NCBI RefSeq assembly: GCF_016462415.1
Contig: NZ_JAEMTF010000003.1
Location: forward strand, 28,837-92,836
DNA from: Williamsia sp.
GTDB lineage: Bacteria > Actinomycetota > Actinomycetes > Mycobacteriales > Mycobacteriaceae
Direction: 5' to 3'
Length of the DNA stretch: 64,000 nt
The notes beneath the pieces are model-generated. The model ran no database searches. It saw only the letters and a program-made list of their open reading frames with translations, and had not been told where the DNA came from. Both the position numbers and the translations under genes were made by a program. Shown here piece after piece: positions 17,642 to 27,421 of the stretch. Positions within the stretch are counted from its first letter, which is position 1, and the number at the start of each line of letters is the position of its first letter.

Positions 17642-20600
17642 GTGCCTAGCGCGTCGACCGTGGACAACGGTCCGTCACCGAAACCATCGTCGAAGAAGTC
17701 GGCTGGGAGCGGCGAGTACAGCGCTCTGCTGGAGAAGTTGGCCTGGCTAGTCTTGCGGCGTAAGGGTGTCGTGGCATTGGTGTGGATCATCATCGCCGGT
17801 GGGCTTGCTCTGCTGTTTCCTCAGCTCGAGTCGGTGATCAGAGACCAGTCCGTGGACCCGATCCCGGCCAGCGTCCCGTCGTTCCAGACGCTCGACCGGA
17901 TGGGAACTGCGTTCAACGAGCGCGGCGCGAAGACCACCGTGTTCGTGGCCATGGAAAACAAGGGTGGACTGGACGCGGAAACGCGGGTCAAGTACGGCGA
18001 GATGGTGAAAGCGCTGAATGCCGATCGCGAGCACGTCATCGCTGTACGTGACCTCCTCGGTGATCGGCTCACCGAGAGTCAGGCGCTGAGCAGCGACAAG
18101 AAGGCGTGGTACTTGCCGGTTTCGCTGCAGGGAACGCTGGGTGGTCCGAAGGCCGCAGACTCCGTGGATTCGGTTCGCGAAGTCGCGGACCGAACCTTCG
18201 ACGGTTCCGGAACCACTGTGCGGATCACTGGCCCGCCGGCAACCTTCAGCGATCAAATCAAGGTGGGCGAATCGGATCTACTCGTGATCACCCTCGCCAC
18301 CGTATTCATGATCGCCGCGATTCTCTTTATCGTCTATCGATCGTTGTTCACCGCCGTGATGCCGCTGCTTGTGGTGGTGATGAGCCTCGCGGTAGGTCGG
18401 GGCGTCCTGTCCGGACTTGGTGAGATTGGTATGCCCGTATCCCAGTTCACCTCGATGTTCATGACGGTGATCATCTTCGGTGCAGGAGTGGACTACTCCG
18501 TGTTCCTGATAAGCAGATATCACGAGGCCATCCGCTCCGGCAGCACGCCAGATGTCGCGATTGCGCAGGCCAACGGGACCATCGGACGCGTGGTTTTGGC
18601 GTCGGCAGCGACTGTCGCCTTGGCGTTTCTGTCGATGGCGTTCGCGAAACTGAGCGTGTTCAGAACGCTGGGACCAGCGTGCGCAATCGCGATCTTAATC
18701 GGCTTCCTGGCAACAGTCACGTTGCTGCCTGCAGTGCTGTCATTTGCCGCGAAACATGGTGCGGGGCTGCCTCGCAGAGACTTGACGCGGCGATACTGGC
18801 ATCGCGTGGGGACCTTCGTCGTCAGGCGGCCGGTGCAACTCCTCGCCGTCAGTATCGTGGCGCTGATCGGCCTCAGTCTCATCGCAACCACTATGACGAT
18901 CACGTACGACGATCGAGAGGGTCAACCCGCCTCCACGGAGAGTAACGAGGGTTACGCCCTTCTCAACCGACACTTTCCCAAAGACACCATAATCTCCGAA
19001 TTCCTGATCGTGGAGTCCAAGAAGGACATGCGCACCGCTCAAGGTCTCGCCGATCTCGATCAGATGGCCTCGCGAGTCGCACAAACACCAGGAGTCACAC
19101 GGGTCATCGGCGTTACACGTCCGACCGGCGAGAAACTTCAGCAGGCCCAGTTGTCATGGCAGAACGATCAGATCGGCAACAAGATCACCGAGCAAACCGG
19201 AGGCGCACAAGCGCGCAAAGGTGACCTCGAACTCCTGAAGACGGGGTCCTCGCAGCTCGCAGGTGGCCTCGCACTTCTGAGTGACCAGATCACCACCAAT
19301 CTCGCGCCACTGGGAGGTCTGCTCGGTCAGGCCTCCGCCGCGGGCGGTCAACTCAGTCAGTACCGGCCGTTGGTGGACGAGCTCGCAAGCGCCGCACCAG
19401 CTCTCGACCAGTTCTCGCAACAGGCGCCACAGCTGGCGAGACTGGCTCGGCAGGCGCAGTCGGCAGCCAACACCGTCGCTCCCGCATTGGACGCGCTCGA
19501 CGCACCGTGGTGCCGGCAGATTCCCCAGTGTTCTGCCTTGCGGACCCAGACAGCCGACATTCGCTCACTTGCCGAGAACCAGTCGCTCACTCGATTCGCG
19601 GACTTCGCCACGAACCTCGGCGGGATCCGCGCGCCGGGCGCCGCGGATGTCGCACAGCTGCGGGACTCATTGAATGTCCTCGACTCCGCCTTACAGACCA
19701 TCAACGGCCAAGACCTCACCAGCCGGCTGTCCCAGCTCGAGACAGGAGTCGGCGCACTGGCCGACGGCGCCCGTCGATTGTCGGGTGGTGTGGCCGCTTT
19801 GGTGGACAGCAATGTGCAGTTGCTCGCAGGACTGTCGCAGGTGGCTGCGCAACTACGAGCGCCCGCCCGTGATATCGGCAACTCGGACTCGGCCACCGGC
19901 TTTTACCTTCCTGCCGACGCCTTCAAGGATCAGCAGTTCAGTCAGGTCGCAAAACAGTTCATCTCGCCGGACGGGAAGACTGTACGGTTCGCGGTACAGA
20001 CTGGTTACGATCCGTACACGGCTGATGCCATTCGCTTGGCGAACACGCTGTCAAAGGTTGCCGAAGGCGCGATGCCAAATACTTCTCTCGAGGGCGCCCG
20101 CGCTTCCGTGGCCGGATTCCCGGCCATCAACGCGGATGTCCAGCGTCTGCTTTCTTACGATTTCAAGTTATTGGGAATTGCCACCCTGCTCATCGTGGGG
20201 CTGATTCTGATGATTCTGCTGAGAGCTATCGTCGCACCCATCTATCTTCTCGCGACGGTGGTCCTCAATTATCTCGCCGCGCTCGGGATTGGGGTCCTAG
20301 TATTTCAAAACTTGCTCGGTGCTTCGATATCGTGGCCGGTTCCGCTGGTTTCGTTTATCGTTCTTGTGGCGGTGGGCGCGGACTACAACATGTTGCTGGT
20401 GTCGCGGCTACGCGAGGAGACTACGGACAGTGTTCGGCTCGGCGTGCTGCGGACCGTCGCCCACACTGGGTCCGTGATCACCTCAGCGGGATTGATTTTC
20501 GCTGCTAGCATGTTCGGGTTGGCCTTCGGGTCTATTGACGTCATGGTCCAGATCGGTGTAATTGTCGCGGCCGGACTTTTGATGGACACGTTCGTGGTTC

Positions 20601-20749
20601 GAACACTGGTTGTCCCTGCACTGGCAGTTCTGCTGGGCAAGGCGAGCTGGTGGCCGGGAAATATTGAGAGGCAGCACCACGAGCGCAGATTGATTAGACG
20701 GAAATGGGAAGTCCCAGTCGAAGAATTTATACTCTCGCGAGACCAGTGA
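17642..20749 (+). CDS. MMPL-family RND transporter
   Basis: 1035 aa with two 6-TM bundles, each ending in the MMPL signature (GAGVDYSVFLISRYHEA; GADYNMLLVSRLREE). A large coiled extracytoplasmic insert is also present. Confidence 0.9.
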   Translation: MPSASTVDNGPSPKPSSKKSAGSGEYSALLEKLAWLVLRRKGVVALVWIIIAGGLALLFPQLESVIRDQSVDPIPASVPSFQTLDRMGTAFNERGAKTTVFVAMENKGGLDAETRVKYGEMVKALNADREHVIAVRDLLGDRLTESQALSSDKKAWYLPVSLQGTLGGPKAADSVDSVREVADRTFDGSGTTVRITGPPATFSDQIKVGESDLLVITLATVFMIAAILFIVYRSLFTAVMPLLVVVMSLAVGRGVLSGLGEIGMPVSQFTSMFMTVIIFGAGVDYSVFLISRYHEAIRSGSTPDVAIAQANGTIGRVVLASAATVALAFLSMAFAKLSVFRTLGPACAIAILIGFLATVTLLPAVLSFAAKHGAGLPRRDLTRRYWHRVGTFVVRRPVQLLAVSIVALIGLSLIATTMTITYDDREGQPASTESNEGYALLNRHFPKDTIISEFLIVESKKDMRTAQGLADLDQMASRVAQTPGVTRVIGVTRPTGEKLQQAQLSWQNDQIGNKITEQTGGAQARKGDLELLKTGSSQLAGGLALLSDQITTNLAPLGGLLGQASAAGGQLSQYRPLVDELASAAPALDQFSQQAPQLARLARQAQSAANTVAPALDALDAPWCRQIPQCSALRTQTADIRSLAENQSLTRFADFATNLGGIRAPGAADVAQLRDSLNVLDSALQTINGQDLTSRLSQLETGVGALADGARRLSGGVAALVDSNVQLLAGLSQVAAQLRAPARDIGNSDSATGFYLPADAFKDQQFSQVAKQFISPDGKTVRFAVQTGYDPYTADAIRLANTLSKVAEGAMPNTSLEGARASVAGFPAINADVQRLLSYDFKLLGIATLLIVGLILMILLRAIVAPIYLLATVVLNYLAALGIGVLVFQNLLGASISWPVPLVSFIVLVAVGADYNMLLVSRLREETTDSVRLGVLRTVAHTGSVITSAGLIFAASMFGLAFGSIDVMVQIGVIVAAGLLMDTFVVRTLVVPALAVLLGKASWWPGNIERQHHERRLIRRKWEVPVEEFILSRDQ

Positions 20750-21152
20750 GGTTTTCTCACCTGAGGTCTGAGGTTAGTGCGATTTGAGTATCCGATGTCT
20801 CATGAGGGGCCCTGTTGGATCCGTTTCGACAAGGAAAGCCGTTCTGCCGCGAGAGGTCCCCACGTCATCACCTAGCCTGCCGGCTGCGAGGTACCGGAGA
20901 AGGACCTTGGGTATCGGGTTCCAGCCGTCGAGGACGAACTCCACCGGTCGGCACGGAAACGCCACGGACAGACGCTTTGGTACGCGTGCCGCTCGGTGAT
21001 GCCAAACCACATGTCGGCGCCGGTCAGATGGAACGTGCCTCTTTGAGCTGTATTCACAACCATCTGACTCCAGCGACCATAGCCGACTCCGTCGGCATCG
21101 ACCAGAGTTGATTCGAGTTCTTACACCGAAAACGCATCATCAGGAGTTGGCT

Positions 21153-21473
21153 ATGGGTGTTGTCACCTTTGTTTCCCACGACGGCGAGAAAGACGAGGCG
21201 CCGATCGAGGAAGGCGTGTCCCTGATGAAGATCGCAACCAACAACGCGGTGCCCGGTATCGATGGTGACTGTGGCGGTGAAGCCGCGTGCGGGACCTGCC
21301 ATGTGATCGTCGATCCGCAGTGGTCTGCGACGGTCGGGGGGTCGGGCGCCGTCGAGGAAGAGATGCTCGCGATGAACCCCGAGCGTCGACCGACCTCCCG
21401 GTTGTCCTGCCAGATGCTCGTGTCCGCGGCGTGGGACGGCTTGATCGTCCAGACGCCTGAATTTCAGATGTGA
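21153..21473 (+). CDS. 2Fe-2S ferredoxin (adrenodoxin/putidaredoxin type)
   Basis: Trimmed to ATG 21153 (AGGAG upstream). Cluster ligands CGGEAACGTCHV and a downstream SRLSCQ. Confidence 0.9.
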   Translation: MGVVTFVSHDGEKDEAPIEEGVSLMKIATNNAVPGIDGDCGGEAACGTCHVIVDPQWSATVGGSGAVEEEMLAMNPERRPTSRLSCQMLVSAAWDGLIVQTPEFQM

Positions 21474-21499
21474 CCCACGAGAGTGACGGATAAGACGCA

Positions 21500-22888
21500 A
21501 TGAAGGTTTCTGACGTGATCACTGAGCGGGTTCAGTCCGCCCTCCCGATCGATCTACAAATCCATGGCGCGCACCTGTACGACAGGACCCGGCGGTGGGT
21601 GACCGGATCGAACGGGAAGAGGCTGTTCGTCGAAAGTCCCATCCCGCCGGTCGAGGAGGTCGAACTCGCCGATATCGACCTCAGCAACCCGTTCCTTTAT
21701 CGTCAGGGGCGCTGGCAGTCCTATTACGAGCGCCTCCGCAATGAGGCGCCCGTGCACTACCTGCCCGCCAGCCCGTTCGGTCCGTTCTGGTCGGTCACCC
21801 GACATGCCGACATCATGGCCGTCGACAAGAACCATGAGGTGTTCTCCGCCGAACCGCTGATCGTCATCGGGGTCCCGCCGCGCTTTCTGGACATCACCAT
21901 GTTCATCGCGATGGATCCGCCCCGCCACGACCGGCAGCGGGCCGCCGTCCAAGGCGTGGTCGCGCCGAAGAATCTCCGTGAGATGGAGGCGTTGATTCGA
22001 TCGCGCGTTCAGGAGGTGCTCGACGACCTCCCGCTGAACGAGCCTTTCGACTGGGTGCAAAACGTTTCGATCGAGTTGACCGCTCGAATGCTTGCCACAC
22101 TGCTGGACTTCCCGTACGAGCAACGTCACAAGCTCGTTGAGTGGTCCGATCTCGCAACGTCGATGGAGCAGACCAACGGCGGCCCCTCAGACCTCGACGA
22201 CACGTTCGACGGTATGCGTGAGATGGCCCAAGGTCTCAGCAAGCACTGGCACGACAAGGCGGCCCGGACCGCAGCCGGCGAGGAACCCGGATTCGATCTG
22301 ATCACCATGATGCAAAGCAACGCCGACACCAAAAACCTCATCGACCGACCGATGGAGTTCCTGGGCAACTTGGCATTGCTGATCGTCGGTGGCAACGACA
22401 CGACCCGCAACTCGATGAGCGGCGGTGTGCTCGCCTTGAACCGGTTCCCCGACCAGTTCGAGAAGCTGAAGGCAAACCCCGACCTGATTCCCAACATGAA
22501 CTCAGAGATCATCCGGTGGCAGACACCGGTGGCCTACATGCGCCGCATCGCCACGACCGACACGATGCTTAACGGGCAATTTATCCGCAAGGGCGACAAA
22601 GTCGTGATCTGGTACGCCTCGGGCAACCGCGACGAGCGCGTGTTCGATCGTCCGGACGACTTCATCATCGATCGCGCCAACGCCCGCAACCACATCTCAT
22701 TCGGCTTCGGTGTTCACCGCTGCATGGGCAACCGACTGGCCGAGCTGCAGCTGAAAATCCTCTGGGAAGAGCTGCTTCCTCGGTTCGAGAACATCGAGGT
22801 CATCGGCGAACCCGAGTACGTGCAGTCCAACTTTGTCAGAGGGATCAGCAAGATGATGGTTCGCCTCACCGCGAAATCGGACGCATGA
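21500..22888 (+). CDS. cytochrome P450, CYP153-like alkane/terminal hydroxylase
   Basis: Heme loop FGFGVHRCMGNRLAELQLKILWEE, I-helix LLIVGGNDTTRN, and N-terminal NPFLYRQGRWQSYYERLRNEAPVHY...FWSVTRHADIMAVDKNHEVFS. Together these strongly resemble CYP153A proteins. Confidence 0.9.
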   Translation: MKVSDVITERVQSALPIDLQIHGAHLYDRTRRWVTGSNGKRLFVESPIPPVEEVELADIDLSNPFLYRQGRWQSYYERLRNEAPVHYLPASPFGPFWSVTRHADIMAVDKNHEVFSAEPLIVIGVPPRFLDITMFIAMDPPRHDRQRAAVQGVVAPKNLREMEALIRSRVQEVLDDLPLNEPFDWVQNVSIELTARMLATLLDFPYEQRHKLVEWSDLATSMEQTNGGPSDLDDTFDGMREMAQGLSKHWHDKAARTAAGEEPGFDLITMMQSNADTKNLIDRPMEFLGNLALLIVGGNDTTRNSMSGGVLALNRFPDQFEKLKANPDLIPNMNSEIIRWQTPVAYMRRIATTDTMLNGQFIRKGDKVVIWYASGNRDERVFDRPDDFIIDRANARNHISFGFGVHRCMGNRLAELQLKILWEELLPRFENIEVIGEPEYVQSNFVRGISKMMVRLTAKSDA

Positions 22889-24087
22889 CACCTCGGCGAG
22901 CCGTCGTCATCGGGGCCAGCCATGCCGGAGCACAGCTCGTAGCCAGTCTGCGGCAGGAGGGGTGGGCCGACGAGATCGTCCTCAGCGGGGATGAGTCGGC
23001 GCTGCCCTATCAGCGTCCACCGCTCTCGAAGGCTTACCTCGCGGACAAGTGCGTACTGGACGACCTCGCGATCCGAAGCTCGGATTTCTACGTCAAGCAG
23101 GGGATCACTCTGCTCGATGCTTCGGTCGTGAGCATCGACCGCGCGGCTGGGCACGTCGTGTCGAAAGACGGCGAGACGATGTCCTACGACAAGCTCGCCA
23201 TCTGTACGGGCGCCCGGCCTCGTCGGCTCTCCGCCCCGGGAGCCGACCTGGCCGGCGTGTACTACCTGCGTACCGCGGCCGACGTCGCTGAGATCCGCGA
23301 GGCCGCGCGCCCCGGGCTGCGCGCGGTGATCGTCGGCGGTGGTTATATCGGACTGGAGACGGCAGCCTCCCTGCGCGCGCTCGGCGTGGAGGTCACCGTC
23401 CTCGAGGCGACCGGACGCGTTCTCGAGCGGGTGACCGCCCCTGAGGTCTCTGCGTTCTTCGAACAGATCCACCGGGCGGAAGGCGTCGATATCCGCACGG
23501 GTGCGCTGGTCGAAGCCCTCTCCGGGGATGACAGGGTCAGCGAGGTGGTCTTGGCCGGTGGTGAGTCGATTGCCGCCGACCTCGTCATCGTCGGTATCGG
23601 CGTGGAACCGAACATCGATCTGGCCGCTGACGCGGGCCTGGTCATCGACAACGGCATAGTCATCGATGATCACGCCCAGACCAGTGACCCGGACATCGTT
23701 GCCGCCGGGGACTGTGCCAGCCACGTCATGGCCCGCTACGGCCGGCGTATCCGGCTGGAGTCCGTGTCGAGTGCCCTGGAGCAAGCCAAGGCCGCCGCCG
23801 CCGCCATGTGTGGGAAGTCCAAGACAATCACGGCGCTGCCGTGGTTCTGGTCCGATCAATACGATCTCAAGCTCCAGATCGCCGGTCTCAACACCGGTTA
23901 CGACGAGGTCGTTCTCAGCGGAAGACCCGCCCTGGACCGCGGCTTCACCTGCTACTACCTACGCGGTGGCGAGCTGATTGCGGCGGACTGCATCAATCGT
24001 CCCCGCGACTTCATGTTGAGTAAACGGATAATCACGCAGCATCTCCCCGTCGACCGCGCCGAACTGGCACTCGCGGCTGCAACGTGA
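22885..24087 (+). CDS. FAD-dependent NAD(P)H:ferredoxin reductase (putidaredoxin-reductase type)
   Basis: Two Rossmann motifs (VVIGASHAG; VIVGGGYIGLE) and the GDCA motif (AAGDCAS). 4-nt overlap with the P450 stop. Confidence 0.9.
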   Translation: MTPRRAVVIGASHAGAQLVASLRQEGWADEIVLSGDESALPYQRPPLSKAYLADKCVLDDLAIRSSDFYVKQGITLLDASVVSIDRAAGHVVSKDGETMSYDKLAICTGARPRRLSAPGADLAGVYYLRTAADVAEIREAARPGLRAVIVGGGYIGLETAASLRALGVEVTVLEATGRVLERVTAPEVSAFFEQIHRAEGVDIRTGALVEALSGDDRVSEVVLAGGESIAADLVIVGIGVEPNIDLAADAGLVIDNGIVIDDHAQTSDPDIVAAGDCASHVMARYGRRIRLESVSSALEQAKAAAAAMCGKSKTITALPWFWSDQYDLKLQIAGLNTGYDEVVLSGRPALDRGFTCYYLRGGELIAADCINRPRDFMLSKRIITQHLPVDRAELALAAAT

Positions 24088-24326
24088 GGTGACTCGCGCG
24101 GCTTCACCCTCTCGAGGAATAACTCGAGCTGTCCAATCGAGACGCGCAGCCATTCGGTGACGTCATGTGACCAGCTCGGGGAATGGCCGCGACGACGACG
24201 TTCGCACTGGCCGCCGATTTGGTGTCGGAGCAACTGCGACCTATGGGAAGTGCACGACCACGCCGGATCAAATTCGTAACAACCGAACTGTAAACAGCCC
24301 CGCCTGCCACTTACAAAGGACGTCGC

Positions 24327-25391
24327 ATGCCCCACAAGACCCTCATCCAGGATTACCCGCATCAGATCGGGGGACACTGTGGTTCGGGCGCGATGCGAGA
24401 TCTGCTGCACTGGCACGGCCTGGGGTGGGACGGACCACCTAGCGAAGGGCTGGTATTCGCCCTCGGCGGCGCTCTGGGCTTGTCCTACGTCCGATCGAGC
24501 GCCCTCTTCCCACCGCTGTATCTGGTGGGACGAGGCGCCGACTTCGAAATCGACTTGCCCCGCCGGCTCGGTGGGCACGTCGAGGTCCTGACCACCGATG
24601 ATCCCCAGGAAGGATGGTCGTGGGTTCGCGACGACATCGATTCCGGTCGACCAAGCCTGGTGTGGGGCGACATCGCCGAGCTACCGTATCTGAGGGTCCA
24701 GATGCAGATGAGCCGCCACGACATCGTCGTGATCGGCTACGACGAGGACGCGCACGTAGCGTTCGTCGTGGACAACGACCGGGCCGACGTGCAATCGGTT
24801 CCCCTCGAATCGCTGGCTCGGGCCAGATCGTCGACGTCATTTCCAGAGCCGACGCGCCATTGCACATATCGCATTACCTGGCCGAGCGAGCTCCCCGCTA
24901 TCGGTGACATTGCAGCGGCAGCATTCCGACAGTCTGCCGAGAACTTGCGTCAGCCATCAGGGGCGAGCATCGCCGACCTCACCCCCGCGAGCGGTGCCGA
25001 GGGCTTGGCAGCCGCCGGAGCGCTGGCCGCCGACATCCACACCTGGACCGGCCTTCCCGACGGCGAAATTGAAATCCTACTGTTCGGCCTCGGCGCGTTC
25101 ATCGAGAAGGCAGGCACCGGTGGCGGATTATTCCGACGTCTCCTCGCCGAGGGGTGCGCTGAGATCGCAAGACTGACCGGCGACCCGGCCACAGCAGACC
25201 TCGCGCGAGTCGCCGACTGCTGTGCGCAGGTCTGGACCGAGACCGCGCGCGCAGGGATCCAACGCGACGTTGATGTGCGAGCCCGCCTGGACGCGGTGAT
25301 CCTGTCAGTGAATCGATTGCCCGAAGCCGAAGCGGATCTTGCCGAGGCCCTGGAACTTGCTTCCAGCTCATTGGCGACTGCAAACCGCTGA
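24327..25391 (+). CDS. BtrH N-terminal / DUF4872-like protein (papain-fold, peptidase-C39-like)
   Basis: N-terminus GGHCGSGAMRDLLHWHGLGW...GLVFALGG is the BtrH_N signature as I recall it. The C-terminal helical half resembles DUF4872. Confidence 0.6.
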   Translation: MPHKTLIQDYPHQIGGHCGSGAMRDLLHWHGLGWDGPPSEGLVFALGGALGLSYVRSSALFPPLYLVGRGADFEIDLPRRLGGHVEVLTTDDPQEGWSWVRDDIDSGRPSLVWGDIAELPYLRVQMQMSRHDIVVIGYDEDAHVAFVVDNDRADVQSVPLESLARARSSTSFPEPTRHCTYRITWPSELPAIGDIAAAAFRQSAENLRQPSGASIADLTPASGAEGLAAAGALAADIHTWTGLPDGEIEILLFGLGAFIEKAGTGGGLFRRLLAEGCAEIARLTGDPATADLARVADCCAQVWTETARAGIQRDVDVRARLDAVILSVNRLPEAEADLAEALELASSSLATANR

Positions 25392-25697
25392 CCGCGCTCG
25401 ACTCATGGAATCAGATCAGGCCGCGCCGTCATGGAAACCGAAACTTCTTCTACAGAAAGCCTCTACACGGCGATACGTTTCATTGCGATACACCCTTGAT
25501 AGATCCGTCAAGAGAGAATATTGGTGACAAACACACTATGGATGCGAGACTCGAGGAGACCGACACGATGCGACTGATTCTGTGGTGATACTGAATCGAC
25601 ACTTCATAAGACTGGTGTCGCCCGGGATGGAAATCGACTCAGCGATCGATGTCTTGCTGTTTACGTCGGGGCGGAACCCGGCCTCAGTGGGTTCGCC

Positions 25698-26330
25698 ATG
25701 ACAGAACCACTGGAAACGGGTCGAGAATCCTCCGAGCGTCAGGTTGAGACCGACCTCGCGCTCGTTACGACCTGGTGGCGAAACTTCAAGGAACAGCGAG
25801 ACACACTCGCGGACGGTGACCCTCTCCCGCCTCACCACCCGTGGTGCCTTGGCTGTGGTCCGGACAATCCCCACGGCCATCATCTACAGGCGCGACGGCG
25901 GGGCGACGGCGTCGTGGCGGTGCATGTGTTCGATGGTCGGCACCGAGGTGCTCCGGGCATCGCGCACGGCGGGGCTGTAGGCACCGTGCTCGATGACATG
26001 GTGGGAATGCTTCTTTACGTGATCGGGGACATGGCGGTTACACGGAAGCTCGATATCGAGTTTCTCGCGCCAGTTCTCCTGCAAATGCCTTACGAGGTAA
26101 GTGCCATCCTGAAAGAGCGCGACGGCCGCAAGCTTCACGTGGCTGCCGAAGTTCGAGCGCAACACACCGGTGACATAGTGGCCTCTGCAGAAGGCGTCTT
26201 CATCGTCGTAGATCTCGCGCATTTCATCGCCGCGCTTCGACCCGAAATCCGAGCTCGGGAGAGCGATCTCAGTTCGCGTCGCGCCGTCACATCGTTTGCT
26301 ATACAACCAGGCGAAAAAAACGATGTCTAA
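25698..26330 (+). CDS. PaaI-family hotdog thioesterase
   Basis: CLGCGPDNPHG zinc-ribbon-like lead-in and hotdog core GAPGIAHGGAVGTVLDDMVG. Confidence 0.75.
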   Translation: MTEPLETGRESSERQVETDLALVTTWWRNFKEQRDTLADGDPLPPHHPWCLGCGPDNPHGHHLQARRRGDGVVAVHVFDGRHRGAPGIAHGGAVGTVLDDMVGMLLYVIGDMAVTRKLDIEFLAPVLLQMPYEVSAILKERDGRKLHVAAEVRAQHTGDIVASAEGVFIVVDLAHFIAALRPEIRARESDLSSRRAVTSFAIQPGEKNDV

Positions 26331-26545
26331 CAGCCTTTAATTGCAGCTACTCATAAGTCACCGATTACGGTTGGACTTATTACCACCGCGCCCGGTGGCG
26401 TGTTCCCGGCGACCGGATCCACCCAGTTCGGAGATTGAGACCCGGCCATCCGGTATGAAGTGGCGGCAGCGATGAGACCGCGTTGTAAAGGATATGCGCG
26501 GACCAAACCTTCGCAAGCCCGTCACGGGAGGTAGTCTTCGCGATT

Positions 26546-27421
26546 ATGGGGGTTGAAATATCTAGCGTCGGCACAACCGCGGTCTTGGTGGCTCAGATGA
26601 GAGCGCTTGAGTCCGCTCGGACGGACCGCTTGTTCACGGATGAACTCGCCCACGAGCTGGTCACGGCTGCCGCCATGGGTATAGAGAACGTCACCCTGGA
26701 ACAGGTTGAGGGACAACGGGTTTACGTTTCAGTGTCGGTCCGTACTCACTACCTCGATGCATGGTGCAGCCAGCTACTCAGCCCCAACGCCATCCGGCAG
26801 GTCGTGATACTCGGCGCCGGCCTCGACACGCGCGCGATCCGTCTCAACTGGCTTGACGACGGTCTGTCGGTCTTCGAGATCGACCGCTCCGACGTCACGG
26901 AGCTGAAAGCGCAGGTGCTCGGAATCGATCCCGACGCTCGGTGGCGCGGTCTCGCGACTGATCTGGCAACAGAATCTTGGTCGGCAGAACTTCACGGTGC
27001 CGGGTTCGACCCGACTGCCCCGACGTTGTTCATCGCCGAGGGGTTGTTCATGTACCTGGATGACGTCGTCAGTACAGACATCATCGCCCAAATCGAGAAG
27101 CTGAGCGCTCCCGGCAGCCACCTGCTCGGTGTTCACTTCGGGCGCGGCGCGCTGATCGACGCTGAGACGCAGGCGATGTCAGCTGCGATCGGCAAGAACG
27201 GGTACGGCTTCGAGTCCGTAATCGACACGACGCCGGATAAGTGGCTCGGCGACTCCTGGGACGTCCTGAGCGCAACTTCGATAGCGCAATACGCTCCGAC
27301 CGTCGGGCGCAAGATCCCGTACGACGAAGACGCAATCGGAGCAGAGGTGACGTGGATGTTCGCAGCCTCGCTCAGTGCTGCGAAATCTCAAACATCATCC
27401 GATGGGTCACCACGGGCGTAG
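26546..27421 (+). CDS. class I SAM-dependent methyltransferase (TIGR00027 / leucine carboxyl MTase-like)
   Basis: TAVLVAQMRALES...D.LA lead-in and SAM motif VVILGAGLDTRAIRL, plus FIAEGLFMYL. This is typical of the mycobacterial putative O-methyltransferase family. Confidence 0.8.
   Translation: MGVEISSVGTTAVLVAQMRALESARTDRLFTDELAHELVTAAAMGIENVTLEQVEGQRVYVSVSVRTHYLDAWCSQLLSPNAIRQVVILGAGLDTRAIRLNWLDDGLSVFEIDRSDVTELKAQVLGIDPDARWRGLATDLATESWSAELHGAGFDPTAPTLFIAEGLFMYLDDVVSTDIIAQIEKLSAPGSHLLGVHFGRGALIDAETQAMSAAIGKNGYGFESVIDTTPDKWLGDSWDVLSATSIAQYAPTVGRKIPYDEDAIGAEVTWMFAASLSAAKSQTSSDGSPRA

Noticed and set aside
20774-21120. Minus-strand ORF fragments between MmpL and the ferredoxin gene, possibly a decayed regulator or cupin-like gene
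   Set aside because: There is no start codon for the longer frame, the frames are broken, and I could not assign a family. It is mentioned only as context in a finding.
22714-23859. 381-aa ORF antisense to the ferredoxin reductase gene
   Set aside because: Shadow ORF with low-complexity G/R/D/H-rich sequence. The + strand frame carries clear Rossmann motifs.
25536-25883. 115-aa minus ORF overlapping the thioesterase start, and a ~38-codon + ORF ending in an ATGA overlap at 25698
   Set aside because: Short, unremarkable composition, no motif or RBS. There is not enough evidence to call them.
26331-26545. Possible riboswitch or terminator upstream of the SAM methyltransferase (hairpin CCACCG-cgcc-CGGTGG at 26383-26398)
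   Set aside because: The sequence does not resemble SAM-riboswitch consensus as I remember it. The hairpin is short and has no T-tract.
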